A stretch of 64,000 bases of DNA from Desulfovibrio sp. (GTDB lineage: Bacteria; Desulfobacterota; Desulfovibrionia; Desulfovibrionales; Desulfovibrionaceae), in NCBI GenBank assembly GCA_017454325.1, contig JAFTDG010000055.1:8018-72017 (forward strand), given 5' to 3'. Below are positions 55,451 through 64,000 of this stretch, piece by piece (positions within the stretch are counted from its first letter, which is position 1; each line of letters starts with the position of its first letter). Made by a program: the position numbers and the translations under genes. The notes under the pieces were generated by a model. It ran no database searches and was not told the DNA's origin. It worked only from the letters and a program-made list of their open reading frames with translations.

Positions 55451-56667
55451 TGTATGCCATCCAAGGGATAGGGTTCACGCATAAAAATCTTGCGTCGCGG
55501 TGACAGACTGATGTGATAGCACTGGTTCTGCGGTATATGGATATAGGGCACATCCTCAGTGCGCTGCCTGACCAGCAGTGAGAGCAGCACACGGTTGATG
55601 GCCTGATGCCCAACAATCACCGTAGGAGCATTATCTGCCAAAAAAAGCGCACGCCTGAGGCCGCGTTGCACTCGTTCGCGCAACATGGCGTAACTTTCCC
55701 CTTCGGGATAGACATACGCATATTTGTTTGCATTCCGGCCTGCCGTGACTTCAGGCATGCGTTCGCGTATTTCACTGTAGAGCATATTTTCACAGATGCC
55801 GGCATTAATTTCATCAAACTCCTTAAGGGCCATAACGTGGGCGCCGGGATGATCGGCCAACAAAGGGGCAGCGGTTTCATGCGAACGGAACCGTGTAGAA
55901 GTAAACACCCACGCAATGGGCTTGCCTCGTAAGTGAGCAGCCAATGCCTGTGCTTGTGCACGTCCCTTGGCCGTCAGTGGCGGGTCACCACCCACACGCC
56001 CCTGAACATTAAATTCTGTCTGACCGTGACGGGCCAGATAGAGATCGGGTACCCACATGCTGACCACAATTTCACGTATTGCCGGATAATAGGGAGAACT
56101 TTCGCAGGGACGTTCCTCTAAAACGCGGTTGGCAGTGGCATCCACACACATCCAGTACTTTTCATCAGAAAGTGGTTCGTATTCTGCCTCATAATGCACG
56201 ATGCGTTGCCGAAAGCTTTCCAACGCTTCCTCTTCGGTATAGGAGGCATACTCTGGCAATGTTGCCTTGCGACGTATACAGGCATTAAGCAGCAAGGGAT
56301 CTTCATTGACACATTGAACAAAGAGTACGGGATAATCAGTGAGTGTTTCTTCTATTTTTTTCCTCCGCGCACGACTCACGTTAGTGGCATCCAGGATGGC
56401 CACCTCACCATTATGTATCAGCCACTCACGGGCTTGCTCCATATTGCGGCGGTTTATCAGCTCCCTGGCCTCACGTCCGAAGCTGTTGGTGGGATCATAA
56501 AAGTCGGGTTTTGTGGATTCTGCCCCCATAAGAGCACGCCGCATATCGCCATTGTTAAACAATCTTGCGTTAATTCCCTCAGCTTTCAAACCGTCACAGA
56601 TACGTTTTGCCAGTGTGGACTTGCCGCGCGCAGGCAGTCCCACCATGGCTACATAAAGTTTTTGCAC
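55447..56667 (-). CDS. bifunctional 6-phosphofructo-2-kinase / fructose-2,6-bisphosphatase-like protein
   Basis: N-terminal half has VAMVGLPARGKST (P-loop) and RLFNNGDMRR. C-terminal half has LARHGQTEFN (RHG histidine phosphatase), SHETA and VGHQAINRVLL. The preferred start is GTG 56667, 5 nt after GGAGGTGA (the track start is TTG 56682). Confidence 0.8.
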   Translation of the reverse strand: MQKLYVAMVGLPARGKSTLAKRICDGLKAEGINARLFNNGDMRRALMGAESTKPDFYDPTNSFGREARELINRRNMEQAREWLIHNGEVAILDATNVSRARRKKIEETLTDYPVLFVQCVNEDPLLLNACIRRKATLPEYASYTEEEALESFRQRIVHYEAEYEPLSDEKYWMCVDATANRVLEERPCESSPYYPAIREIVVSMWVPDLYLARHGQTEFNVQGRVGGDPPLTAKGRAQAQALAAHLRGKPIAWVFTSTRFRSHETAAPLLADHPGAHVMALKEFDEINAGICENMLYSEIRERMPEVTAGRNANKYAYVYPEGESYAMLRERVQRGLRRALFLADNAPTVIVGHQAINRVLLSLLVRQRTEDVPYIHIPQNQCYHISLSPRRKIFMREPYPLDGIQ

Positions 56668-56730
56668 GGAACTCACCTCCAAGCTAGCTGTAAGTACGGC
56701 CTTGCCGTATACAAGATAGGCAAATTTTAC

Positions 56731-56762
56731 AAAAAAAAAAAGGCGCAGCCGGTCACCGCGCC
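56731..56762 (-). terminator. rho-independent terminator of tyrS
   Basis: On the minus strand, GGCGC-N11-GCGCC is followed by a T11 run. It lies 39 nt after the tyrS stop. Confidence 0.7.
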
Positions 56763-56800
56763 CAATTACAGCCAGTATCAGAGGCTATGTCTGAAAAAAG

Positions 56801-57997
56801 CTATCGCACCGTGAGCCGAAGAAAGCGCTTTTTACCCAGCTTTACGATGTACGTTCCAGAAGCCAAAGGTGTTGCCACATCATCACAACGCTCCCCGTTA
56901 ATGGAAAGTGCACCTTCTTTCATCAACCTTTTGGCCTCACCACGGCTTTTGACTAACCCCGCAGCTTCCAGAAAAACAGGAGGGATACTGTCCTCACCAG
57001 CATTACAGCTGTACTCCGGCATGTCATCCGGCACGCCCCCATTGGCGAATACAGCATTGAAGCCTTGTCGTGCTTCGTTAGCGGCCTTTTCGCTGTGATA
57101 GCGAGTCACCATCTCATGGGCTAATGCTTCTTTAGCGGCCTTGGGATGGACCTTGTTACATGCAACGTCAGCCTTAAGCGTGGCTATATCTTCCAGACTT
57201 TTTGCTGAAAGCAGCTCATAGTAACGCCACATCAGTTCGTCCGAAATGGCCATTACCTTGCCAAAAATCTGCGCCGGGGACTCGTCAATCCCTATGTAAT
57301 TACCATAGGATTTAGACATCTTGCGCACACCATCTGTCCCTTCAAGCAAGGGCATGGTCAGGATGCACTGGCTTTCCATACCGTAATGAACCTGCAAGTT
57401 ACGGCCCACCAACAAATTGAATTTCTGGTCGTTACCACCCATTTCCACATCACATTTGAGTGCGACAGAGTCATAGCCCTGGCAGAGGGGATACAAAAAT
57501 TCGTGAATGGATATGGGTCTCTGTTCACGAAACCGCTTTTCAAAATCATCCCGCTCCATCATACGGGCCACAGTATAACTGGATGCAAGCCTGATAAAAT
57601 CTGCGGCGTTCATCTTGCCGAGCCAAGCAGAATTAAACACAACTTCGGTTTTTTGTGGATCCAGAATCTTGAAAACCTGTTTCTTGTAGGTTTCAGCGTT
57701 AGCCTGCACCTGTTCAGCGGTAAGAGGAGGACGGGTTTCGGAGCGGCCGGACGGATCGCCAATACGTCCCGTAAAATCACCTATAAGAAAAATCACATGA
57801 TGTCCCAGTTCCTGAAAATGTCGCATCTTGTGCATGATGACCGTGTGCCCGAGATGCAAATCTGGAGCAGTGGGGTCAAAGCCGACCTTGACACGCAACG
57901 GAACACCACGGCTCAGCTTCCTACGCAATTCGCCTTCGTCAATAAGTTCGGCAACGCCTCGTTTAATGGTAGCCATCTGGCGATCAATATCCGTCAT
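56801..57997 (-). CDS. tyrS: tyrosine--tRNA ligase
   Basis: DLHLGH (HIGH), KMSKS, and a C-terminal S4-like domain. ATG follows GGAGGA. Confidence 0.97.
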   Translation of the reverse strand: MTDIDRQMATIKRGVAELIDEGELRRKLSRGVPLRVKVGFDPTAPDLHLGHTVIMHKMRHFQELGHHVIFLIGDFTGRIGDPSGRSETRPPLTAEQVQANAETYKKQVFKILDPQKTEVVFNSAWLGKMNAADFIRLASSYTVARMMERDDFEKRFREQRPISIHEFLYPLCQGYDSVALKCDVEMGGNDQKFNLLVGRNLQVHYGMESQCILTMPLLEGTDGVRKMSKSYGNYIGIDESPAQIFGKVMAISDELMWRYYELLSAKSLEDIATLKADVACNKVHPKAAKEALAHEMVTRYHSEKAANEARQGFNAVFANGGVPDDMPEYSCNAGEDSIPPVFLEAAGLVKSRGEAKRLMKEGALSINGERCDDVATPLASGTYIVKLGKKRFLRLTVR

Positions 57998-58039
57998 TGT
58001 CCATCCTCCTCTCTCCTAGAACATGCAGATAACTCCGCG

Positions 58040-59362
58040 CTATTCTCCACCCAATACACGAAGGTAAACCGCAGGTTCCTTAAGCAAGCCCGAATCCATA
58101 GTGCGCTGCAAGGCGTCGCGCATAGCACGCGCCGAGGTTTCGTGTGTCATGAATACCAGCGGAACTCCTTGCCCCTCACCACTCTTTTGGATGACCTGTG
58201 CCATGCTGATGCCCTCAGCAGCCATACAGCCTGAAAGATCGCGCAGCACACCAGGCGCGTCCTGCACCATGACACGCACATAGTAACAAGAACGCCATTC
58301 CTCGGGCGGCACAATGCACGCCTTGGGCAACACCTTATCAGCAAAACCAGTATTATTGGGGCGCTCATCGCGCGCTACGGCCAGCAGATCTCCCAGCACT
58401 GCCCCTGCAGTAGGCAAATCGCCTGCGCCGCGCCCATGAAAAAAGAGCGCACCAGCAGCGTTGGCCTCCACGCGCACAGCATTGTACACGCCGCCCACAC
58501 GGGCCAGCAGATACTTATGATAAACCAACGCCGGAAAAACTCCCGCCTCCAGCCTCACTTGATCTTTCTCTCCGCCAAGGGCCTCGCGCACCTGAGCAAT
58601 AAGTTTGATGCGGTACCCAAATTCCCTTGCGAGCCGTATATCCATGGCTGAAAGCCCACGGATACCGCGCACAGAAAGAGCCGTGTAGGGATAGTGCACT
58701 CCATAGGCCAGCCTGATCAGCAAAATGAGCTTGTGTGCGGCATCGTGCCCGTCGATATCCAACGAGGGATCAGCCTCGGCATAGCCCAGTCGCTGAGCCT
58801 GTTGCAAGGCCACATCAAACTCCATCCCATTGCTGGTCATCTCGGAAAGAATGTAGTTGCTCGTGCCGTTGAGGATGCCCATAAGAGACTGTATACGGTT
58901 GCCTGTCAGACTTGCTTTAAGAGCTTCCACAACGGGGATAGCTCCAGCCACACTCGCCTCATAACGCAAGATGCGTTTCTTGCGTGCCGCCTTATGGAAC
59001 AGTTCCAGCCCTTCCTCAGCCAGCAGGGCCTTATTGGCTGTAACAATGTGCTTGCCTTGATCCAGTGCTCGATCAATAAGGTCACGGGCATGGTCGATTC
59101 CACCAATAAGCTCCACCAGTACGTCGATTTCTGGATCGTCAGTCAAGGAACGGGGATCCGTAACCAATGTTGCCCCGGGTGGCAGTTGAGCCGCTCGGGC
59201 CTTGGTGATGGTACGCACCAGGACCTTTTTCAGACGGATGTCACGCCCAACCCGCCGTTTGATAATATCTGCGTTTTCCTGAAGGAGGCGCACAAGACCG
59301 CCCCCCACAGTACCAAACCCGGCCAGCCCCACTACAAGAGGCGCATCACTGTTTCTGGTCAT
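58040..59362 (-). CDS. hom: homoserine dehydrogenase (with C-terminal ACT domain)
   Basis: GLAGFGTVGGG NAD-binding site, VTANKALL, GILNGTSNYIL, and an ACT-like tail. ATG 59362 follows GGAGAA. The track ORF is extended by 27 codons. Confidence 0.93.
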   Translation of the reverse strand: MTRNSDAPLVVGLAGFGTVGGGLVRLLQENADIIKRRVGRDIRLKKVLVRTITKARAAQLPPGATLVTDPRSLTDDPEIDVLVELIGGIDHARDLIDRALDQGKHIVTANKALLAEEGLELFHKAARKKRILRYEASVAGAIPVVEALKASLTGNRIQSLMGILNGTSNYILSEMTSNGMEFDVALQQAQRLGYAEADPSLDIDGHDAAHKLILLIRLAYGVHYPYTALSVRGIRGLSAMDIRLAREFGYRIKLIAQVREALGGEKDQVRLEAGVFPALVYHKYLLARVGGVYNAVRVEANAAGALFFHGRGAGDLPTAGAVLGDLLAVARDERPNNTGFADKVLPKACIVPPEEWRSCYYVRVMVQDAPGVLRDLSGCMAAEGISMAQVIQKSGEGQGVPLVFMTHETSARAMRDALQRTMDSGLLKEPAVYLRVLGGE

Positions 59363-59452
59363 GTATTCTCCACACTCGCACACAGAGCGAGCCTGCAAAA
59401 GGGGGTGTGAACAACTGCAATCCAGTGACGTTGCACAACGCACGTATCAAAA

Positions 59453-60634
59453 TCAGTCCCCCACACCAGACAATAACCGTCGGATGTTACTGATGGCCTG
59501 TCGTGTGCGGTGTTCATTTTCAATAAGCGCAAACCGTACATATTCGTCGCCATATGAGCCGAAGCCCAAACCAGGCGAAACTGCCACATGAGCCTCCTGC
59601 AGCAACAGCTTTGAAAATTCCACAGACCCCATTTTACGGAAAGGCTCGGGGATACGTGCCCATACAAACATGGTGGCCTTGGGCGCGGGCGTAACCCAGC
59701 CAATGCGGTTCAGGCCGTCTATAAGATGATCTCGCCGTTCCTGATATACGCTACGAATATGCTCCACACAGTCTTCAGGCCCATTAAGGGCAACGGTAGC
59801 CGCTATCTGAATGGGTTGGAACATACCATAGTCCAGATAACTCTTGATACGCGCCAGCGCATGGATAAGATGCTTATTACCTACAGCGAAACCCACACGC
59901 CATCCTGGCATGGAATAGCTTTTGGACATGGAAAAAAATTCCACGCCCACTTCCTTGGCTCCCTTGGCCTGAAGGAAACTCGGTGCCTTGTATCCGTCAA
60001 ATACAAGATCGGCATAAGCCATATCATGGACAACCCAGAGCTCATTCTCCTTGGCGAAATCTGCTACCTTTTCAAAAAAATCCAAATCAGTCACTTCGGT
60101 AGTGGGATTGTGCGGATAGCAAATGAACAGAACCTTAGGTTTAGGCCATGCCTGTCGTGTGGCGGCCTCTAGGTCCTCAAAAAAATTTCGGCCTGGTCCA
60201 ATGGGCACGCTGCGCACATCGGCACCAGCGATTATAGGTGCGTACTTATGAATGGGATAGGTCGGGTCCGGAGCCAACACAACATCACCGGGTTCAAGCA
60301 TGGCAAGCGAAAGATGAGCAAGCCCCTCCTTGGAGCCCAAGGTTACGATAGCCTCACTATCCGGATCAAGCTGCACGCCAAAATGGCGGGCATAGCGGTC
60401 ACAGATGGCCTTGCGCAAATTAGGGATGCCACGAGAAAGAGAATACCGGTGGTTTACCGGTTTTTGTGCTGCTTCGATGAGTTTGTCCACAATAGGGGCT
60501 GGGGTTGACATGTCTGGATTGCCCATACTGAAATCCACGATGTCAATATTCTGCCGGCGCAGACGCATCTTAAGATCCCCAACCACCGCAAAGACGTACG
60601 GTGGTAGACGCCGTATACGTGAAAATTCTTCCAT
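59453..60634 (-). CDS. class I/II PLP-dependent aminotransferase (AlaC/AspC-like)
   Basis: GNPD, NPTT and [14 protein letters not shown] (PLP-lysine) motifs. Confidence 0.9.
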   Translation of the reverse strand: MEEFSRIRRLPPYVFAVVGDLKMRLRRQNIDIVDFSMGNPDMSTPAPIVDKLIEAAQKPVNHRYSLSRGIPNLRKAICDRYARHFGVQLDPDSEAIVTLGSKEGLAHLSLAMLEPGDVVLAPDPTYPIHKYAPIIAGADVRSVPIGPGRNFFEDLEAATRQAWPKPKVLFICYPHNPTTEVTDLDFFEKVADFAKENELWVVHDMAYADLVFDGYKAPSFLQAKGAKEVGVEFFSMSKSYSMPGWRVGFAVGNKHLIHALARIKSYLDYGMFQPIQIAATVALNGPEDCVEHIRSVYQERRDHLIDGLNRIGWVTPAPKATMFVWARIPEPFRKMGSVEFSKLLLQEAHVAVSPGLGFGSYGDEYVRFALIENEHRTRQAISNIRRLLSGVGD

Positions 60635-60879
60635 CTTTCAAAGCTCCTGCGTATTCCCCAGTGGATGCAGCGAGTAAGCTACCGCGCCCCACGGGCATAT
60701 ATTCCCTATGCCTTGCGCACCTGTATGCAACAAAACACAGAACCATCGCACTATTTCCGTGCAGTGGAAAAACACTGCCAGCCGTATGCCCTTTTGTAAA
60801 GCATCATCTGCAAAACAAGGAGCATCTCGCTTTCCATGTGCGAGCCTCTTGTGTATCCTTTTGTGCATGGAGGAGGCCC

Positions 60880-61950
60880 ATGGTAGATCATATTTATTTC
60901 GATGTGGAGAAATGTGAACTCCATCTGCTTGACCAGCGGTTCCTGCCTGAGCGGGAGGAATGCTTCATCTGCCGTTCCGTAAACGACATCATAGAGGCTC
61001 TGCAAACCATGGTCGTACGCGGAGCGCCGGCCATTGGCGTTACTGCCGCCTGGGGATGCGTTCTAGCCCTGCTCGACGCCGACGGATCAAACTGGATGCC
61101 CCATCTGGAAACGGCGCTCGAGCATTTAGCCAATGCCCGCCCAACTGCAATCAATCTGCGTTGGGCCGTTACACGCATGCGTGCATGCCTGCAACAACTC
61201 ACAAATAAGGGGGATGTCGACCACGACGCCCTGCTGTCGGCATTTTTGGCAGAAGCAGCAACAATACAGCGGGAAGATGTGGAAATTTGTCGTGCCATTG
61301 GCCGCCATGGTGGAGCATTGTTGCACGATGGCGACACGGTGTTGACGCATTGTAATGCGGGTGCTCTTGCCACGGCGGGATACGGAACCGCCTTAGGCGT
61401 TGTGCGTGGCGCGGTGGACGCCGGGAAACACATATATGTTATTGCTGATGAAACGCGGCCATTCCTTCAGGGGGCACGTCTAACCGCATGGGAACTTCAG
61501 AAAGACAACATTCCCGTTACTGTGGCCTGTGACAATGCCTGTGCCCTGCTCATGGGTAAAGGACTTGTTCAATGCGTGGTGGTAGGTGCAGACCGCATCG
61601 CCGCCAACGGGGATACTGCCAACAAGATAGGAACCTGTGGCGTGGCATTGCTTGCACACCACTTCAATCTTCCCTTCTATGTGGCTGCTCCTCTCTCCAC
61701 CATTGACCTCTCCACTTCCGAGGGAAGCAGTATTCCCATTGAACAACGCCCAGAACGAGAAGTGACACATGTGGGTCAGGTACGTATATGCCCCGAAGGC
61801 GTGCCCGTATACAATTTCGCCTTTGACGTCACCCCTGCGGACTACATCAGCGGCATTGTCACCGAGATGGGAGTGCTTCGCCCCCCATATACCACATCTA
61901 TTCGTACAGCCTTCAGGACAAAAACGACAAGGACTCCTTCTGCATTATAG
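60880..61950 (+). CDS. mtnA: S-methyl-5-thioribose-1-phosphate isomerase (eIF-2B alpha/beta/delta-like family)
   Basis: [52 protein letters not shown] 60880 follows AGGAGG. Confidence 0.85.
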   Translation: MVDHIYFDVEKCELHLLDQRFLPEREECFICRSVNDIIEALQTMVVRGAPAIGVTAAWGCVLALLDADGSNWMPHLETALEHLANARPTAINLRWAVTRMRACLQQLTNKGDVDHDALLSAFLAEAATIQREDVEICRAIGRHGGALLHDGDTVLTHCNAGALATAGYGTALGVVRGAVDAGKHIYVIADETRPFLQGARLTAWELQKDNIPVTVACDNACALLMGKGLVQCVVVGADRIAANGDTANKIGTCGVALLAHHFNLPFYVAAPLSTIDLSTSEGSSIPIEQRPEREVTHVGQVRICPEGVPVYNFAFDVTPADYISGIVTEMGVLRPPYTTSIRTAFRTKTTRTPSAL

Positions 61951-61963
61951 TTTCACGCCAACC

Positions 61964-63958
61964 ATGATACCGGTATCAACTACGGCTGATGCCAGATTGG
62001 ATGATACAATGGCAGTCAAAGAATGTATTCTTATTGTAGGATCAGACCACACTGTAGCAAGTACGCAAAGCTATGGTCCTGACGGTAAAAGCAATGGGGT
62101 AGAACGCCTCATTGTCCACTGGGACGGCTGGGAAGCGCCCAAGGATGAAATTGCCCTGCAAGCCCGTCTGCGTGACGAATTGAAAACTATCAGGGCTGAA
62201 CACGCTGCCTGGGCTTTTGATTTTGGGCATTTGCGCCTGGCAGGAAAAGAGGTGCAGCGTTGGCTCCAATGTGGTGCAAATCTCTCCATGTGGTGGTGTT
62301 CACTGCTCTACGAACGACATCCCAAAATGACACCTGCCCTCTATACCCTCTATAAGCTGCGTGCCCTTGAACGCCTCATGGATGCAGAAGCCTGTTGTTC
62401 TCTGCGTGTACATGGCGGCGACAGCGCTCTACGGCGAGCCCTGAGTCTTTTATGTATGTCAAGCCACCGCGTATTTTCCGAAGAGGATGAGACGATACCT
62501 TCACGTCCATCAAACAGCAAGTTACGCCTACTGTATGATGCACTTCCAGCCCCTCTGCGGGCCGTACTTCGCTATGTCCACTGGTACTGGACTGTACGCC
62601 GTCGCCTGCGGCCTTTGCCTTGCAACGCAGCCCTGACAGAAACCGCTGGCTCCCCCGCAACTATCGTAACGTACTTTCCCAATGTGGATATGGAAGCGGC
62701 AAAACAGGGACGTTACCGCTCCCGCTACTGGGAAGCGTTGCACGATGCACTCAACAAGAAAGCGGAAAAAGAAGGCGGACAATTTGTCCGTTGGCTGTTC
62801 ATACGCTTTCCCGCGCCCCAGCTCAGCCTTCGACAGTGTATCGCATTGCGCGACCGCTTTCGTAGTGCTGGCCTAGACGGGGCTAGTTTTCATTATTTAG
62901 AGGAATTTCTTGGCACACGCGATCTCTTGGCCGCGTGGTTGCGTTATCTACGGCTGAGTCTGGCTTCATGGAAGCTAGAGAAAAAGGTGCGCCCCTCTTT
63001 CCGCATGGCTGGTTCACGTCTGAATTTCTGGAATGAGCTTGGCATCTACTGGGTAGAATCCTTCAGAGGCTGGCGCTGTCTTGAGCGCTGTCTCCAGCAT
63101 CAGGCCTTCCAGCGTTATGCATCCATAGCCGGGCTACAACGATGGACACTCTTTCCCCTAGAAAATTGTCCCTGGGAACGCATGCTTACACAGACCATGC
63201 ATGAAGCTGGCAACGGTCCTGTCATCGGAGCACAGCACTCCACTATCCGGCCAACGGACTTCCGCTTTTTTGATGACCCCCGTGCTTTTACTGGCAAAGA
63301 TGCCTGTTTTCAACCTGACGTTATTCGGGGCAATGGCCTGTCTGCATACGGGCAGTGGTTTGAAGCGGGCATGCCAGATGCCCGCCTGGGTATTGTTGAA
63401 GCGCTGCGATATTTATATCTGGCAGGCTCTACTCCAACAGCCTCTCCGCATAGTCCGCAGAAAGATATGCCCACTACACCACGCCACTTGCTCATTGTTA
63501 CCAGCTTTTTCAGGGATGAAACCGAGGCACACCTCGCCCTGGTTGCCCGTGCGCTCACAGAGGGTCTGCTGGAGAAATGGGAAGTGCGTATTAAACCGCA
63601 CCCCTATCTGCCTGTGCAGGAAAACCTGCGCATGCTTCTGGGCAAACGTGCCGCCAATATTACTATTATTGAGGACGGCACCATTGCCGACCAGCTGAAA
63701 CCCGGTGTGATGGTATGGGCTTCAAATTCCACCACCGTAGCACTTGAAGCGGCCATCAAAGGCCTACCGGTCATGGTCATGCTACCTTTGAACGATTTTG
63801 ACCTCTGCCCCTTGCAGGATGTACCCCAACTACCACGTACCGGTACCGTAGAAGACGTCAGACGTGCGCTGGCCAACCCTACGCCCTTGGTTCTGCCCCA
63901 AGACTATCTAGAATTGAACGCAGACCTGCCACGCTGGAAGAAATTGCTCGGACTATAG
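61964..63958 (+). CDS. large hypothetical protein with a GT-B-like/capsule-type polymer-transferase C-terminal region (putative surface-carbohydrate biosynthesis)
   Basis: C-terminal LLIVTSFFRDE...IKPHPY...VWASNSTTVALEAAIKGLPVMVM resembles the nucleotide-sugar/CDP-alcohol transferase Rossmann half. ATG 61964 lies just after the mtnA stop. The track ORF extension overlaps mtnA. Confidence 0.4.
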   Translation: MIPVSTTADARLDDTMAVKECILIVGSDHTVASTQSYGPDGKSNGVERLIVHWDGWEAPKDEIALQARLRDELKTIRAEHAAWAFDFGHLRLAGKEVQRWLQCGANLSMWWCSLLYERHPKMTPALYTLYKLRALERLMDAEACCSLRVHGGDSALRRALSLLCMSSHRVFSEEDETIPSRPSNSKLRLLYDALPAPLRAVLRYVHWYWTVRRRLRPLPCNAALTETAGSPATIVTYFPNVDMEAAKQGRYRSRYWEALHDALNKKAEKEGGQFVRWLFIRFPAPQLSLRQCIALRDRFRSAGLDGASFHYLEEFLGTRDLLAAWLRYLRLSLASWKLEKKVRPSFRMAGSRLNFWNELGIYWVESFRGWRCLERCLQHQAFQRYASIAGLQRWTLFPLENCPWERMLTQTMHEAGNGPVIGAQHSTIRPTDFRFFDDPRAFTGKDACFQPDVIRGNGLSAYGQWFEAGMPDARLGIVEALRYLYLAGSTPTASPHSPQKDMPTTPRHLLIVTSFFRDETEAHLALVARALTEGLLEKWEVRIKPHPYLPVQENLRMLLGKRAANITIIEDGTIADQLKPGVMVWASNSTTVALEAAIKGLPVMVMLPLNDFDLCPLQDVPQLPRTGTVEDVRRALANPTPLVLPQDYLELNADLPRWKKLLGL

Positions 63959-64000
63959 GACAGGGATAAAAGCCGCACGCCAATGCCGTTGATAGCTGTG

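Noticed and set aside
57386-58234. 282-aa ORF antisense to tyrS, and 58694-59410 (238 aa) antisense to hom.
   Set aside because: These are shadow ORFs opposite strongly supported housekeeping genes. They carry no motifs and would leave tyrS and hom unexplained.
1-64000. Looked for CRISPR arrays, tRNA/rRNA genes, IS elements, integrases, phage genes, toxin-antitoxin pairs and known defence-system signatures.
   Set aside because: I saw no regularly spaced direct repeats, no tRNA-like T-arm motif in intergenic regions, and no transposase, integrase or recombinase-like translation in any frame of the ORF track. Absence is judged by eye only.

Overview
This is a 64 kb chromosomal segment of roughly 50% G+C by eye. 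I call about 55 protein-coding genes. I found no rRNA, tRNA, CRISPR array, transposase, integrase or prophage signature. The gene content points to a Desulfovibrionaceae-like sulfate-reducer relative: cytochrome bd, a Tat-exported flavoprotein, a DUF4911-like ORF, sigma-54 and sigma-28 promoters, and a bacterial PFK-2/FBPase-2. This taxonomic call is inference only. The housekeeping blocks are pyrH-frr-uppS-cdsA-dxr-rseP-tsaB (13.1-19.4 kb, +), DEAD-box helicase-orphan-ribF (19.5-22.6 kb, -), hisI-hisG, htpX, argJ, rpsL-rpsG-fusA (38.7-41.9 kb, -), valS, ogt, rlmN, tyrS, hom plus an aminotransferase, and mtnA. The accessory or unusual content is as follows. (1) A tightly coupled operon at 46379-53665 encodes a ketosynthase-less acyltransferase / carrier-like / Rossmann-like / double-hotdog dehydratase protein of 1133 aa, then a TolC-type lipoprotein, a HlyD-type adaptor and a MOP/Wzx-type flippase. 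It sits behind a 353-bp spacer of about 21% G+C that is full of repeats, and follows a BPL_N-like gene. I consider this the best candidate for an undescribed lipid or glycolipid assembly and export system. (2) An operon at 28986-35947 encodes a serine-palmitoyltransferase-like alpha-oxoamine synthase, two paralogous GT4 glycosyltransferases, a deacetylase-like protein and a glutamine-dependent AsnB-type amidotransferase. (3) A single ORF fuses an MrfA-type DEAH/DUF1998 helicase to an MrfB/YprB-type DEDD exonuclease. (4) A 1016-aa FliD with repeated central modules is followed by an extended FliS. (5) A eukaryote-type PFK-2/FBPase-2 is translationally coupled to rlmN. All functional calls come from reading motifs in the supplied translations. 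No database search was run.
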